Shown piece by piece: positions 18,755 to 28,597 of a stretch of DNA of 64,000 bases. The stretch's first letter is position 1. Each line of letters begins with the position of its first letter. Origin of the DNA: a virus; the IMG/VR virus record IMGVR_UViG_3300029267_006021; one strand, written 5' to 3'. The position numbers and the translations under genes were made by a program. A model generated the notes under the pieces. The model was not told the origin of the DNA. It did not search any database and saw only the letters and a list, made by a program, of their open reading frames with translations.

Positions 18755-18767
18755 ATTAGTGGATTAT
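18755..18767 (-). promoter_or_regulatory. Putative phage late promoter ATAATCCACTAAT
   Basis: About 34 bp upstream of 18721. Confidence 0.65.
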
Positions 18768-18844
18768 AGATTAGGGAAGTGTATTCACAAAAAATAAGAC
18801 CAGGTCTTACCCAGCCTTATTTATTTGAGAGTTGCCGTGTATGC

Positions 18845-19165
18845 CTACTTATTTAGATCTAATTCTTTTAAAAAGTCGTCTAATTTTCCCTTATCTTTAA
18901 CTTCTGACACAACATCTGTGGTAAGATTTTTGGCTACCTCTGGATTCTTTGTTTTCTGTCCCTCAATTGCTTTAGTTGCTGCCCCAGCAATATCTTTAAC
19001 ATTTTCTAAATCTTCTTTGAGGGTGTCTGCTGTTTTCTTATTTACCCAACCATGCCGAACAGCGATTGCTAAAGCAAAACCTAATACAGGGATCACAATA
19101 CCTGAAATAATGACTGCAACCAACTGAACTGTTTCCATTGAAGAACCAGTATCTAAAAGTAGCAT
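18845..19165 (-). CDS. Holin-like membrane protein
   Basis: One hydrophobic helix followed by a charged C-terminus. AGGAGG RBS. Confidence 0.45.
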   Translation of the reverse strand: MLLLDTGSSMETVQLVAVIISGIVIPVLGFALAIAVRHGWVNKKTADTLKEDLENVKDIAGAATKAIEGQKTKNPEVAKNLTTDVVSEVKDKGKLDDFLKELDLNK

Positions 19166-19175
19166 CTGAAACCTC

Positions 19176-19442
19176 CTATGCTAAAATAGCGGCGACAGTA
19201 CCAGCCAACTTCAAAATTTCTAACACTTTAAAAGCTCCGTCTTTTAAAGATTCAACGACTTCAATCTTATCTTTTTGAGAATTGAGGGCCTCAGCGGCTT
19301 TCAATAAAATATCAGCAGCCATTTCATCTGTAAGATCAGTTCTTTCTACATTGACATCAATATTATACTGCTTAAAATAATCATCTACTGTCATCTTTTC
19401 AGACGGTTTATTTTCTTCTGGTTTGTTTTGTTCTTCTGACAT
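19176..19442 (-). CDS. Hypothetical protein with hydrophobic C-terminus
   Basis: AAGGAG RBS. Confidence 0.7.
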   Translation of the reverse strand: MSEEQNKPEENKPSEKMTVDDYFKQYNIDVNVERTDLTDEMAADILLKAAEALNSQKDKIEVVESLKDGAFKVLEILKLAGTVAAILA

Positions 19443-19549
19443 TATCTTCTCCTTCTATCTCAACTGGTTAACAGTTATTTGTTAAGAGTGGGTGCCCTAG
19501 CACCCACTCCAGGGAAAGGAGGCTTGGCTGTGGACCAAGCAGAGGAACC

Positions 19550-19951
19550 TCACTTAAATTGACTAATAAGCTTCTTGACCTCTGGAATTGTTTCATTTGA
19601 AGCCTTTATAACATCTGTAAAATTCTTAATTTCAAGTGTACTTGAATGTGCATCTTGATGGGCCAATTTAAGATAGGTAACCAGAAATAAAACTTGTTTT
19701 CTTGTTTCGACTACTTGATCTTTAACCTTGGTCAAAATCTCTTGACGAGTTTCTTCTGTCATTTTACCAGATGCTACAAATTCCGCTGTATTTTTGGAAA
19801 CATGATTATAATAATTTAAACAAACTGTTTCCACATTTTTATCAGCCTTTGGTCCAATCTCATAAGCTTTATCAGTAGCCGCAATATAGTCAGCTGGGTG
19901 CTTACAGCCAAAACTAACAAGCAGAATCAAACCGATAAAAATTTTCCTCAT
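19550..19951 (-). CDS. Lipoprotein (possible spanin component)
   Basis: Signal peptide MRKIFIGLILLVSFG-C lipobox and helical body. Confidence 0.65.
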   Translation of the reverse strand: MRKIFIGLILLVSFGCKHPADYIAATDKAYEIGPKADKNVETVCLNYYNHVSKNTAEFVASGKMTEETRQEILTKVKDQVVETRKQVLFLVTYLKLAHQDAHSSTLEIKNFTDVIKASNETIPEVKKLISQFK

Positions 19952-20014
19952 TTCGTCTCTCCTAAAGATTTAACAAAACTATATGTTTAATATACAAGAA
20001 CCTAAAAAACTGTT

Positions 20015-20482
20015 TTAAACGTGACGTTCAAACATAATATCATGATTAAATTTGAGGTTTCTAAATTGCCCCAAAGATCTATTTCTCCATATAGCAACTG
20101 ATAAAATAGATTCTTTAGGCAAAAAGAAAAAACCATCAAGATCAAGAGTACCTTTTAGCCATCTAAATACAATTAAATGATTCAGAACAAAAGAAATACA
20201 ATGGGATTTGCCACTTAAAAATACAAGTTTGCTTTTTTGTTCTTCTTCGTCATAAACATATTCATCTGAGGATAGATCTTCAATTTCAAGTTTATTTTTT
20301 ATGAGCAACTCAATTAAACTCGAAACATTACGAATTAAAATTAAGTCTTCAGTGGCTGACTTGACGCCTGAATTAAAGATTTGTTGTTCTTGATCTAAGG
20401 ATGTAGGTTTTGTGTTTAGATTATTCTTACAAATTTCTTCTAGGAGAGCAACTTCGTCTTCATTGAAAAAATCACGCATCAT
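20015..20482 (-). CDS. Hypothetical protein
   Basis: ORF. Late motif at 20494-20506. Confidence 0.65.
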   Translation of the reverse strand: MMRDFFNEDEVALLEEICKNNLNTKPTSLDQEQQIFNSGVKSATEDLILIRNVSSLIELLIKNKLEIEDLSSDEYVYDEEEQKSKLVFLSGKSHCISFVLNHLIVFRWLKGTLDLDGFFFLPKESILSVAIWRNRSLGQFRNLKFNHDIMFERHV

Positions 20483-20493
20483 AGTTAAAATGT

Positions 20494-20506
20494 ATTAGTG
20501 AATTAT
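20494..20506 (-). promoter_or_regulatory. Putative phage late promoter ATAATTCACTAAT
   Basis: Directly upstream of 20482. Confidence 0.6.
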
Positions 20507-20526
20507 ATGTGAAGATGTTTTAAAAT

Positions 20527-21951
20527 TTAAAGAGGTAATTGATCTGCTTGTCTGTACCAAACTATAATTTGAGCATCCTCGCTGCCTGAACCTGCCAAAG
20601 TCCCAGAGGCATTTCCAGCATTATCACACCCTGTAATGGCTAAATCATCTCCAGTCCCATCATTCCAAGTACCATGAATTCCCTGTATTCTTGCATTTGC
20701 ACTTAAAGAACCAGTTAGCAAGTATTTATCAGGATCTCCTGCTGCTTTTGTACCCAAACCAGCTTTCGTGGCACCAGCAGCTCCAGTTAAAGATTTTCTA
20801 AGACAAATTGCTGTTTTAATAACAGCCGCTCCAGTAGGGACATTCCAACCAAGATCATGATCAGCTGCTGCTCCTCCTATCCCTAACCAAATTTCCTTTC
20901 GTTTGAGGTCGCCAACGCACCAATCACCAGAATCATAACAAAGAAATTCTCCAGTTCTTCCATCAGCCCAAATAAGGCCTTCTGGAGGATTTAATGGAAA
21001 TGCACGAGAATTATCTTCATCAGTAGACATAAAAAAATATCCAGGATTATCAGCACTCGAAATGCCGGCCCCAAAATCTACAGAAACATCATTATTGCCC
21101 ATAAACCTAAATTCAGTTCTTCCATAAGCTGTCATTGAGCCTCCACCCGCATTCGAGACTATTGTGACTCCACCAGAATGGGGTTGAATATTAAAAATAT
21201 TATGATTAAAAAAATCGACATAATTAGTTCCGCCACCAAAATCAAATAGATTTATTGCAGCAGAAGGATAACCAGAAAAATAGCAATTAAACATGCGTAT
21301 GCGAGACCCATTGACAAATGTAATAGTATTTGCTGGGTTACTAAAACCGTAGGAGCAATTAAAAGCATACCAATAACCGTCCCCACCAGATGAGTTAGCA
21401 TCTAAATCAGTAAAGGATGAATTATGAGCAACATTTGATTGGTATAAGAAACATCCGTCTGCACCATGTGTTCTGGTAATTGCTCCGCCCATGATCGAAT
21501 TTTCCATATAGATATTCCATTTTGATTGCCCAGAAAAGCTGCCATTCAAATAAATGTTACAAAATCCAAGATGTCTTCTAACTATCTCAGCACTAGCACT
21601 AGCTAAAGTAATATTCCCCACAACTTCAGTGTTATTTTGCAAATATACTCCTCCGTCTCGAGGTATATTCACTATAATATAAGTATCTCTACTCACAACT
21701 GGACTAAAACTACCTCCTGTCAATGTGTGGGTTTTACCTGGGGCAAGATTAATAATTATAGGCTCACCTGCAGCTAATTCAGCGTCTGCTGCAGCAGAAG
21801 CTTCATTGATTGTTGAATAGGCATCAGAGTCATCTGGGTTTACATACCAAGTTGGGCCTGAATAAGTTGCTATTAGGTAATTGGTTCTTTGTGTGTCTCT
21901 AGCTAAGGTTTCTGGACCAAATCTAAGTGCTGTTTCTAAGTAGTCACTCAT
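20527..21951 (-). CDS. Putative virion fibre/spike protein (beta-helix-like core), paralog A
   Basis: YSTINEA...IINLAPG beta-helix cap, G/N/S-rich core. Paralog of 35536..36960. Confidence 0.6.
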   Translation of the reverse strand: MSDYLETALRFGPETLARDTQRTNYLIATYSGPTWYVNPDDSDAYSTINEASAAADAELAAGEPIIINLAPGKTHTLTGGSFSPVVSRDTYIIVNIPRDGGVYLQNNTEVVGNITLASASAEIVRRHLGFCNIYLNGSFSGQSKWNIYMENSIMGGAITRTHGADGCFLYQSNVAHNSSFTDLDANSSGGDGYWYAFNCSYGFSNPANTITFVNGSRIRMFNCYFSGYPSAAINLFDFGGGTNYVDFFNHNIFNIQPHSGGVTIVSNAGGGSMTAYGRTEFRFMGNNDVSVDFGAGISSADNPGYFFMSTDEDNSRAFPLNPPEGLIWADGRTGEFLCYDSGDWCVGDLKRKEIWLGIGGAAADHDLGWNVPTGAAVIKTAICLRKSLTGAAGATKAGLGTKAAGDPDKYLLTGSLSANARIQGIHGTWNDGTGDDLAITGCDNAGNASGTLAGSGSEDAQIIVWYRQADQLPL

Positions 21952-21998
21952 GAGTGTTTGACTTCTAATGGTTTAATTGTTATTGAGATAAGAAGATT

Positions 21999-22029
21999 AT
22001 TAGTAAATTATAGATTATAATTTACTAAT
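21999..22029. promoter_or_regulatory. Back-to-back pair of late-promoter motifs (ATAATTTACTAAT on both strands)
   Basis: Minus copy at 21999-22011, plus copy at 22017-22029. Confidence 0.7.
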
Positions 22030-22031
22030 TA

Positions 22032-22120
22032 TTAGAATGAGTATAAAGTTCATTCTTGAAGATGGAATGAACTTTCACATAGGTTAGGAGATGTGTGGTA
22101 GGAACACATCTCCTAATTTT
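22032..22120 (+). ncRNA. Candidate ~90-nt structured small RNA (or 16-aa micro-ORF at 22037-22087)
   Basis: Follows a plus-strand late motif. 11-bp stem at 22045-22075 and 13-bp stem at 22084-22116 followed by TTTT. Confidence 0.45.
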
Positions 22121-22123
22121 ATG

Positions 22124-22414
22124 TTACTTTGTTTGACACCCAACCAAAAAGTTCTCTATGATATCTTCTTGATGTTCTGAATCTTCTTTGACTTTAGACA
22201 ACATAGAATTGATGAGAGTTCGAAAATTTATGCGTTCATCAAAATATAAATTAAGAGATAATTGAATTGCTTTAATCGTAGAACCTAGATCCATTTTCTG
22301 TTTCATGTACATATCTGTATAATTTGAAATAGTCGAAAGAACCTCTTTCTCTTTAAGATGTACTGAAGTTTCAACATATTTTCTAGTTCTACCTGCCCAT
22401 CTTGCAATTGCCAT
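22124..22414 (-). CDS. Hypothetical protein
   Basis: ORF with AAAGG RBS. Confidence 0.65.
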   Translation of the reverse strand: MAIARWAGRTRKYVETSVHLKEKEVLSTISNYTDMYMKQKMDLGSTIKAIQLSLNLYFDERINFRTLINSMLSKVKEDSEHQEDIIENFLVGCQTK

Positions 22415-22596
22415 TTAAAATGCCTTTCAATTGTTTTTCATAGTACATTTTAAAAGTAGATTATGTTTACAATTTGATCAGAGAAAATTCGATGACTATC
22501 AGTTTTTGTTCTTGGATGAGATCTTCTGGTGTTTTATTGCGAAGACTTTCTAGTGCTCGATTTATAGCTTTTTCAAGAGATTCCCAATGTTTTTGT

Positions 22597-22983
22597 TTAG
22601 TCATGGGCACTATCTTTATTCTTCCTAAAACTACTTAAATCTTCTAAAAACTTAGGAAGATTTTCTACAGTCACAAGTTCAAAACTAAAAAAATGATAGC
22701 GGCTACTTTTACTCAAAACTTCTAATTTTTTCCATAAACAAAGCCAAGAGCAAAAACAAAATTCGTCACAACTGGAATCATTGTCTTTCTCAAGTGAAGG
22801 CCTAATAAAGGCACGCATTTCAGTATGAAAACCTTCTGATCCAGATTCCCATTCAGCTTTTTTCCCACAAAAATCACATTCAAAATGTGTTACTGATTTC
22901 TTTGAAAGCAAAGAATCACATTTAGAACAGCGTTCATATTCTACTTCACGTTTAAGCATCAACAAACTCCGATCTGCTTTCAT
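22597..22983 (-). CDS. Cys-rich (Zn-binding) hypothetical protein
   Basis: CSKC, CDFCG, FCSWLC. Confidence 0.65.
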   Translation of the reverse strand: MKADRSLLMLKREVEYERCSKCDSLLSKKSVTHFECDFCGKKAEWESGSEGFHTEMRAFIRPSLEKDNDSSCDEFCFCSWLCLWKKLEVLSKSSRYHFFSFELVTVENLPKFLEDLSSFRKNKDSAHD

Positions 22984-23251
22984 GAGGAGCAGGAGTCCCT
23001 GCTAAAAGACAAAGAGGCGTACAAGCTGCTGCTAAAATTCCTCTTTTAATTTGACATAATGGGGTACTTAGTCCTATCAATCTATCGAGGTGTTGTACCA
23101 AAACATAAAACATTGAAAACAAAATGCTTATTTTATCCGTGACTCTTTCTGCAATTCTCTCTGATGCTTGTTGCATGAGTTCTAAAATGTTTAAAGATTC
23201 GGTTATTTCTAAAAATAATAGATGATCATTAGGAATTCGGTTATTTTTCAT
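22952..23251 (-). CDS. Hypothetical protein
   Basis: Operon packing. Confidence 0.5.
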   Translation of the reverse strand: MKNNRIPNDHLLFLEITESLNILELMQQASERIAERVTDKISILFSMFYVLVQHLDRLIGLSTPLCQIKRGILAAACTPLCLLAGTPAPHESRSEFVDA

Positions 23252-23465
23252 TTTTAGATTCCTCTATCTCATAATCGAATTCTGCATTCATCCAGGTAGC
23301 ATTGCGAATGAAGTTTTTAACTCCTTCAAGATAGCAGATATAGCGGATTAAATCACCAACTACACTAGAATCCCAATCTTTAAATGGAAAGGAATCTAGT
23401 TGTTTCTGAATTTCTTCTAGATCAGGACGTTTCACTTCAAGATTCTTCTTTTTGTCTTTGCTCAC
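23241..23465 (-). CDS. Hypothetical protein
   Basis: Operon packing. Confidence 0.6.
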   Translation of the reverse strand: MSKDKKKNLEVKRPDLEEIQKQLDSFPFKDWDSSVVGDLIRYICYLEGVKNFIRNATWMNAEFDYEIEESKNEK

Positions 23466-23775
23466 GGATCATCTGCTCTCTAAGAATTTCGGCACGATTT
23501 CTAGAATAACCCATTAATTTAAAGCGCTGATATGATTTAGTTACTGCTTCTTCATCCCCACTGAAACATCGATCTGTCCAATCTCTGGCCCCTGCTCGAT
23601 AAGCTTCTTCTACAGTAGTCTTAAATTTGTTTGATAAATAGACAAGAATTGAGCTGACCCAGGAAGCCAAACTCAATTCCTTAGGGCCATCTTCTTTTAG
23701 ATAAGGAGGTAGATCTAATTTTAAATAGCTGATTATCTCCTGTATTTCCTCAATCTCAGATCTGACGTCAAACAT
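23437..23775 (-). CDS. Hypothetical protein
   Basis: GAGG RBS. Confidence 0.65.
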   Translation of the reverse strand: MFDVRSEIEEIQEIISYLKLDLPPYLKEDGPKELSLASWVSSILVYLSNKFKTTVEEAYRAGARDWTDRCFSGDEEAVTKSYQRFKLMGYSRNRAEILREQMIREQRQKEES

Positions 23776-23790
23776 GAATACCTCTACTAC

Positions 23791-24315
23791 TCATTTTGAT
23801 TTAGTAGCGACATAATCAAAATTTGACTCATCAAATTTTAAAGATATTTCATAGGGTTCTGAATTTTCTACCTCAACAAAAACTTTAATACCAAAACCTT
23901 TAATTGGTATTCCTTTAAATTTAAGATGCCGAACTAATGGCAAAATTTCACCATTTGCCATTCTCACAAGCATCTGACTCTCACCAAATGTTTTGCTAAG
24001 TATGCTTTGATTCTCTTTGTCCATTTTAATAGCCTTTCTAAAATCAGGGCGACAATTCTCGCAATAAAATTGAATTTTTTTGGAACCAGGTCTCAAAATT
24101 ATGTGCGGTGAGGCCCCAGGAGCTGGTTTTCCACATATAGAACAAATGGGAGATTTGATCTCAGCGAAATCTTCTGAAATAATGCTCTTCTCAATCAACC
24201 GAATGCAGGCTTCAGATACAACATCTAACTCCTCATTAAGTTTCAAGCTAAGGTCTGATGGGTCAATACCTGGGGAATGTTTCAAAACTTCAAGTATTCG
24301 TTTTTCAAGACCCAT
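23791..24315 (-). CDS. Winged-helix plus zinc-finger protein
   Basis: N-terminal RILEVLK...DLSLKL...ACIRLIEK wHTH-like region. CSICG...YCENC. Confidence 0.55.
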   Translation of the reverse strand: MGLEKRILEVLKHSPGIDPSDLSLKLNEELDVVSEACIRLIEKSIISEDFAEIKSPICSICGKPAPGASPHIILRPGSKKIQFYCENCRPDFRKAIKMDKENQSILSKTFGESQMLVRMANGEILPLVRHLKFKGIPIKGFGIKVFVEVENSEPYEISLKFDESNFDYVATKSK

Positions 24316-24324
24316 TATCCCTCC

Positions 24325-24561
24325 TCAGAGATAAAGACGATAACCACAATCTGGATAATCAGCCTCCTCTGCTATTAATTCAATAGAAGCAAGTTCTCGT
24401 TCCTTGTTAAAACCTAAATCTTTTTGGTCCAACCATTTACGCACTTTTTCATAGGCCTGCCCTGGATCTGGAGCAACCACAAAAGCAACACCATGAGCCG
24501 GTCCTGTTATTTGTGTAGTCATGCCTTGACAAGTCACCTTGTAGAGTTTATCTGTAGGCAT
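24325..24561 (-). CDS. Hypothetical phage protein
   Basis: GAGGAG RBS. Confidence 0.7.
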   Translation of the reverse strand: MPTDKLYKVTCQGMTTQITGPAHGVAFVVAPDPGQAYEKVRKWLDQKDLGFNKERELASIELIAEEADYPDCGYRLYL

Positions 24562-24571
24562 CTAAAACTCC

Positions 24572-24874
24572 TCAACTCTCTATAGATTTATACAAAATAC
24601 AACCAAAAACTGCATCAACCAAAGGCGATGTACCATCGGAACTTTGAAGCTGAATTTCTCTTTGAAGCTTTTCACAAATACCATCTGGGCACCATGTTCC
24701 TTCTAAAGTAAAGTAACGTTTCAGTAGAGAATCTCGGTCTTTAAATGATTCAAGATCAGTTATTTGGTTAAACACAGCCTCTCGGTTACCTTGCCAAAAA
24801 ATACATGTGGCACATCTATTTTTGAGGTATTGTTTTAAATCATGATTCATTTTGTTAATTTGGGTTCCCAACAA
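24572..24874 (-). CDS. Cys-containing hypothetical protein
   Basis: CATCIFW...GCI. Confidence 0.6.
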   Translation of the reverse strand: MLGTQINKMNHDLKQYLKNRCATCIFWQGNREAVFNQITDLESFKDRDSLLKRYFTLEGTWCPDGICEKLQREIQLQSSDGTSPLVDAVFGCILYKSIES

Positions 24875-25143
24875 TCACAGGTCCCACAAGGGTCTACCTC
24901 TCTCCTTTTTGCCCATTCAATCCATTGGGATTCCAACAAAACAGCTTCTTCATTGGTTCTACGTTCCCTTATCTTATTATTGTACAAAAATTCTTCCTTC
25001 AACCAAACACTTCCGCATAAAGGCCTTTCTGGAGCATTCAGTGTGCAATAGTATTTGTCGAGATAATCATAGCAGTTAAAAACAAACTTACAGTCTCTAC
25101 AGCAAGGTTGTACTCTGTAGTTTCTCACCATGAAACCCAACAA
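24847..25143 (-). CDS. Cys-rich hypothetical protein
   Basis: CCRDCKF...GTCDCW. Confidence 0.65.
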   Translation of the reverse strand: MLGFMVRNYRVQPCCRDCKFVFNCYDYLDKYYCTLNAPERPLCGSVWLKEEFLYNNKIRERRTNEEAVLLESQWIEWAKRREVDPCGTCDCWEPKLTK

Positions 25144-25601
25144 AAAACCTTACCATCTTCATCTTTGAATTCTTCAAACATCTTTAAAATTTTTACAATC
25201 CATTTTTGATTTTCTAAAGGCTTTTTCACTTTAAAATAACTAATAGGAAGATAAAAATAACACCCATTACGAATCTCACAAACATCTAGCAACCAATGCC
25301 AAAAATCTTGATAGGGTGGTTCATACCAATGCCCCCTCTCAATATCTACTTTGTGCTCAGCACACCAAACCTGTGAACTACCTCGTGTTTTGCCTTCTGG
25401 ATCTATCTTTCCATAACCTTTAGAATCACACCAGGCATCGAAACTATGTATACCATGAAACTTGCCAGCAAAGTCTCTTAGGTCTACATTATGTTTTTGT
25501 TGTACATAGTTAACTATCTCATGATAATCCCAAGCTGTTTTAATTTGTTTTCTAGGCTTCTTCATCATCTTCTTCTGGAACTGAAAAATCCTCTGAACCA
25601 A
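25125..25601 (-). CDS. Hypothetical phage protein
   Basis: PYQDFWHWL...WVSW. Start uncertain. Confidence 0.7.
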   Translation of the reverse strand: MVQRIFQFQKKMMKKPRKQIKTAWDYHEIVNYVQQKHNVDLRDFAGKFHGIHSFDAWCDSKGYGKIDPEGKTRGSSQVWCAEHKVDIERGHWYEPPYQDFWHWLLDVCEIRNGCYFYLPISYFKVKKPLENQKWIVKILKMFEEFKDEDGKVFCWVSW

Positions 25602-26496
25602 AATTTATAAATAATTGCATTTGTTCAAGTAATGCTGCATGTGTATCAAAGGATCTCTCTCTAAGATACTGTATAACTTCTTCAAGAAGCTCATTATTAC
25701 TCATCATAGAATCAATATCACGAGGTATGTCGCTCCAGGGAGGAGTTATAGCATCTGGAGGTATCGCGTTTTTCCAACCAAGTAATGTTCTTAGCAATAA
25801 ATCACGAACACCCACTACTGTATTACCACACAGATGAACTCTACCTGGATCTTTCCAAGAAGTCATTCGCCAAGCGATATAACTATGTAGAGTGCTCTCT
25901 TCTTTTTGACAGCGTTCACAAAAATTCTGATGGAGTGTATCGACTTGATATAAAATAACACCATCAGATTCATAAATACGGGATACATCAGCAAGTATAT
26001 AATCCCCTTCCTGAAAAACAATATCTTTAAGATAGTCAAAAACAAAAGAATCGATTTCAAAATCATTAGAAACTGAAATATTATTTTCTTTTTCTAATTG
26101 ATTTAATGAAAATGGGAGTATTAAAGTAAAATCATAATCATAATTTCCAGAGTCATCCATTGTATCAAAATTAATATTAATAGCATGCTCACAAAGTTGT
26201 CTAAGTGAAACCGTTTTTAAACGTTGTACTGCCCGTTTTAAAACATTGTTAATAATCTTAGAACAAAGATTAAAGGTGAGATCCTGTTCAGATAGGGTTT
26301 TGCAAACTTCTAAAATACGGTCTTGCAACCAACCTAGATCAACAGAAGATGCTGGATAACCTTGAGATATATTTATTGTTTTAAGATTTTGATTTGTATC
26401 TTCTCGTAGTTTAGCGGAGAGTTTACAAAAATTCTCTTGGCGAATATCAGGCCCAAATTGAGGCCAATCATATTTGTCATAATCAATATCTTGCAT
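25552..26496 (-). CDS. Hypothetical protein
   Basis: 314-aa ORF with AAGGA RBS. Confidence 0.75.
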   Translation of the reverse strand: MQDIDYDKYDWPQFGPDIRQENFCKLSAKLREDTNQNLKTINISQGYPASSVDLGWLQDRILEVCKTLSEQDLTFNLCSKIINNVLKRAVQRLKTVSLRQLCEHAININFDTMDDSGNYDYDFTLILPFSLNQLEKENNISVSNDFEIDSFVFDYLKDIVFQEGDYILADVSRIYESDGVILYQVDTLHQNFCERCQKEESTLHSYIAWRMTSWKDPGRVHLCGNTVVGVRDLLLRTLLGWKNAIPPDAITPPWSDIPRDIDSMMSNNELLEEVIQYLRERSFDTHAALLEQMQLFINFGSEDFSVPEEDDEEA

Positions 26497-26758
26497 AGTT
26501 ATTCCTTAAATGCTATTTTACAGTTTAAACAAAACCTTAAAGAAATTATCTATGGTTTTCCAAAATTTCTATCAGTTACTTCTTCAGTGTTTTATAGCGG
26601 GGAAGGTTGAAACCTAAACGCAGTTCACATGCAAGGCAATACTCTCGTCCCTTTTTTGCCAACCTTCCACATCGCTTACATTTAGCATGCTCCCTACTAA
26701 TCATAGCACTTTCTCTCATTTGCTAGTACAGACAATCAGTTGTCCTTCCCTCCACGCA

Positions 26759-26917
26759 TCATGTCTCGTGATAGAAAGAGATGCTCGTATCGAAGGCAAA
26801 GACCTTGCCGCATTTCCCACACTCCTGCTCATATATTTGGTCTTCCTCGTAGCCGTACCCGTCGTCGTGGCAGATGTCCTGCCCCTCACCACAGTACGGA
26901 CATTCAACGTCTTTCAT
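26759..26917 (-). CDS. Zinc-ribbon protein
   Basis: MKDVECPYCG...ECGKCGKVF with GGAGG RBS. Confidence 0.7.
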   Translation of the reverse strand: MKDVECPYCGEGQDICHDDGYGYEEDQIYEQECGKCGKVFAFDTSISFYHET

Positions 26918-26962
26918 CTGTCCTCCGAATCTTGAAGTTCTACCAAACTGCATTATTGGTTT

Positions 26963-27238
26963 TTAAGTCGGCAAGTCTTCGCCCAATGCTTCCTTGTATG
27001 CATACTTAAATGCATCTTTTTTGGCTTGTTGCCAACTGTTCATTTCTTTGTTTATCTCTTTCTTCATCCATGCTGGTAGCCATGGCTTTTCAAATTCTGG
27101 CTTTTCATCAAACGACGATGTTCCGAATCCGGAAAATCCAATCTCATAATTTCGCCACGCAACATACTTGTCTATTCTCTTTTGAAAAAGCCAACTAAAT
27201 ACCTTCAAAAACCAACGATAACTTCTACTGTATTTCAT
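26963..27238 (-). CDS. Hypothetical protein
   Basis: GGAAGG RBS. Confidence 0.6.
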   Translation of the reverse strand: MKYSRSYRWFLKVFSWLFQKRIDKYVAWRNYEIGFSGFGTSSFDEKPEFEKPWLPAWMKKEINKEMNSWQQAKKDAFKYAYKEALGEDLPT

Positions 27239-27331
27239 ATTTCACCTTCCTATTCATTATTGCTTTATGAACTCAACACAAAATACCTTGGGTCTCGTAC
27301 CCAAGGTAGTTGACTTGCCCTAATTGCTTCA

Positions 27332-27550
27332 CTAAAATTCTTTAGCCTTTTCTTCTTCAAGAGAGGTTTCAAATTCCTTGATCTCATCAAAATCATAAGT
27401 ACATCCGGTATGGTGGATATCTGATTCGAAAGCAATACGATTTGGTAAAGGCGAATCATAACCATAATGAATTTCTGTGACATTTCTAATTATAGTTTCA
27501 GGAAGTTCTGGATCCTTAAGAACTACTCTAACTTTAATCCCGAAATTCAT
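27332..27550 (-). CDS. Hypothetical protein
   Basis: Operon packing. Confidence 0.6.
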   Translation of the reverse strand: MNFGIKVRVVLKDPELPETIIRNVTEIHYGYDSPLPNRIAFESDIHHTGCTYDFDEIKEFETSLEEEKAKEF

Positions 27551-27743
27551 ATCTAATCCCCACTACAACATTTTCAAAAACCTTATCTAAAAATTCTCTT
27601 TTCCTAAGAATGTCATCTGCTATTTTGCATACTTTTGAATGATCTCTTTCTGTATTAAATTTCTTGTGCAACTGGATTTTTTGTTCTCTTGTCAAAATAT
27701 CCCAGGTTAAGTTAAACAAAAAGAGACGAGCTTGATCTTCCAT
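27534..27743 (-). CDS. Hypothetical protein
   Basis: AAGGAG RBS. Confidence 0.6.
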   Translation of the reverse strand: MEDQARLFLFNLTWDILTREQKIQLHKKFNTERDHSKVCKIADDILRKREFLDKVFENVVVGIRYEFRD

Positions 27744-27744
27744 T

Positions 27745-27966
27745 CTAATCTCCTTCTTGAAAAATACAATCGCTTAATTGTCCGAGCCAATGGCCCATGT
27801 CTCTGCACATAACAACCGGATCGCCTATTGGAGCCTTTGAACCGTTTGTGAACTTCTGCCAATCCCCTCCCGGACAAAATACTCGATCTCTGCACTTAGG
27901 GCATCTCGCTCTATTAAACCGAGCGGAGATGGTTAGCCTTGGGTCCTCATAATCAGCATAGGTCAT
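27745..27966 (-). CDS. Zinc-ribbon-like protein
   Basis: CPKC...CRDMGH. GAGGA RBS. Confidence 0.6.
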   Translation of the reverse strand: MTYADYEDPRLTISARFNRARCPKCRDRVFCPGGDWQKFTNGSKAPIGDPVVMCRDMGHWLGQLSDCIFQEGD

Positions 27967-28125
27967 TTTGGGTCCTCTTCATCATATGTTTCTATACCTG
28001 TTCCATTGCAATCTGGGCAGGGGAGACGGAGTACGCCAGTTCCGCTACAAAGAGAACAAATAACAAATTCGCCATAATATTCTGTGATGTTTTCACCTGG
28101 TCCCGTTATGATGATGGTCATTGTT

Positions 28126-28362
28126 TTATCCTTTGTTTATTGGACGTTCATGAGGACACCGTCCTTCAACATAGTCATACACAACTCCTCGTCCATAGCA
28201 CCTACCACATTTTACAAATGCGCGCTCAGCCAACCTCTCATTAATCTTTTGTAGTCTCTTGCTAAAACCCGCCGGGGCCATTTGATTATATGCGTCCCAA
28301 TCACCAATAATTGTCCCTTCTCCATGACAACAAGGGCATTCATAGGTTTTAACTTCCTTCAT
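28126..28362 (-). CDS. DnaJ-type zinc-finger small protein
   Basis: CPCCHGEG...CGRCYGRG. Confidence 0.7.
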   Translation of the reverse strand: MKEVKTYECPCCHGEGTIIGDWDAYNQMAPAGFSKRLQKINERLAERAFVKCGRCYGRGVVYDYVEGRCPHERPINKG

Positions 28363-28597
28363 CTCAAACTTCTTTCAATTTTGATTAGAATCCTCTGGTG
28401 GCCAAATTTGGTGCACCCAATGTACTGAACATCCAAGAAATGCATCCCAATAACCGCCACCTTCATAGACAGGAATGTGGTTGGCTACCTTAAGGCTTGG
28501 TATTGGCTTTGCTGTGACATTATCAGTAGTCATCTTTACTCCTGAATTAAACTTTCGAATCTATCTAAAATCCTGGTTTCACACTTGCTGACCCGAA

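Noticed and set aside
26700-26917. Stop-codon recoding suggested by an in-frame TGA followed by a plausible continuation (CVEGRTTDCLY)
   Set aside because: Long conserved genes are intact in the standard code and use TAA, TAG and TGA as coupled stops.
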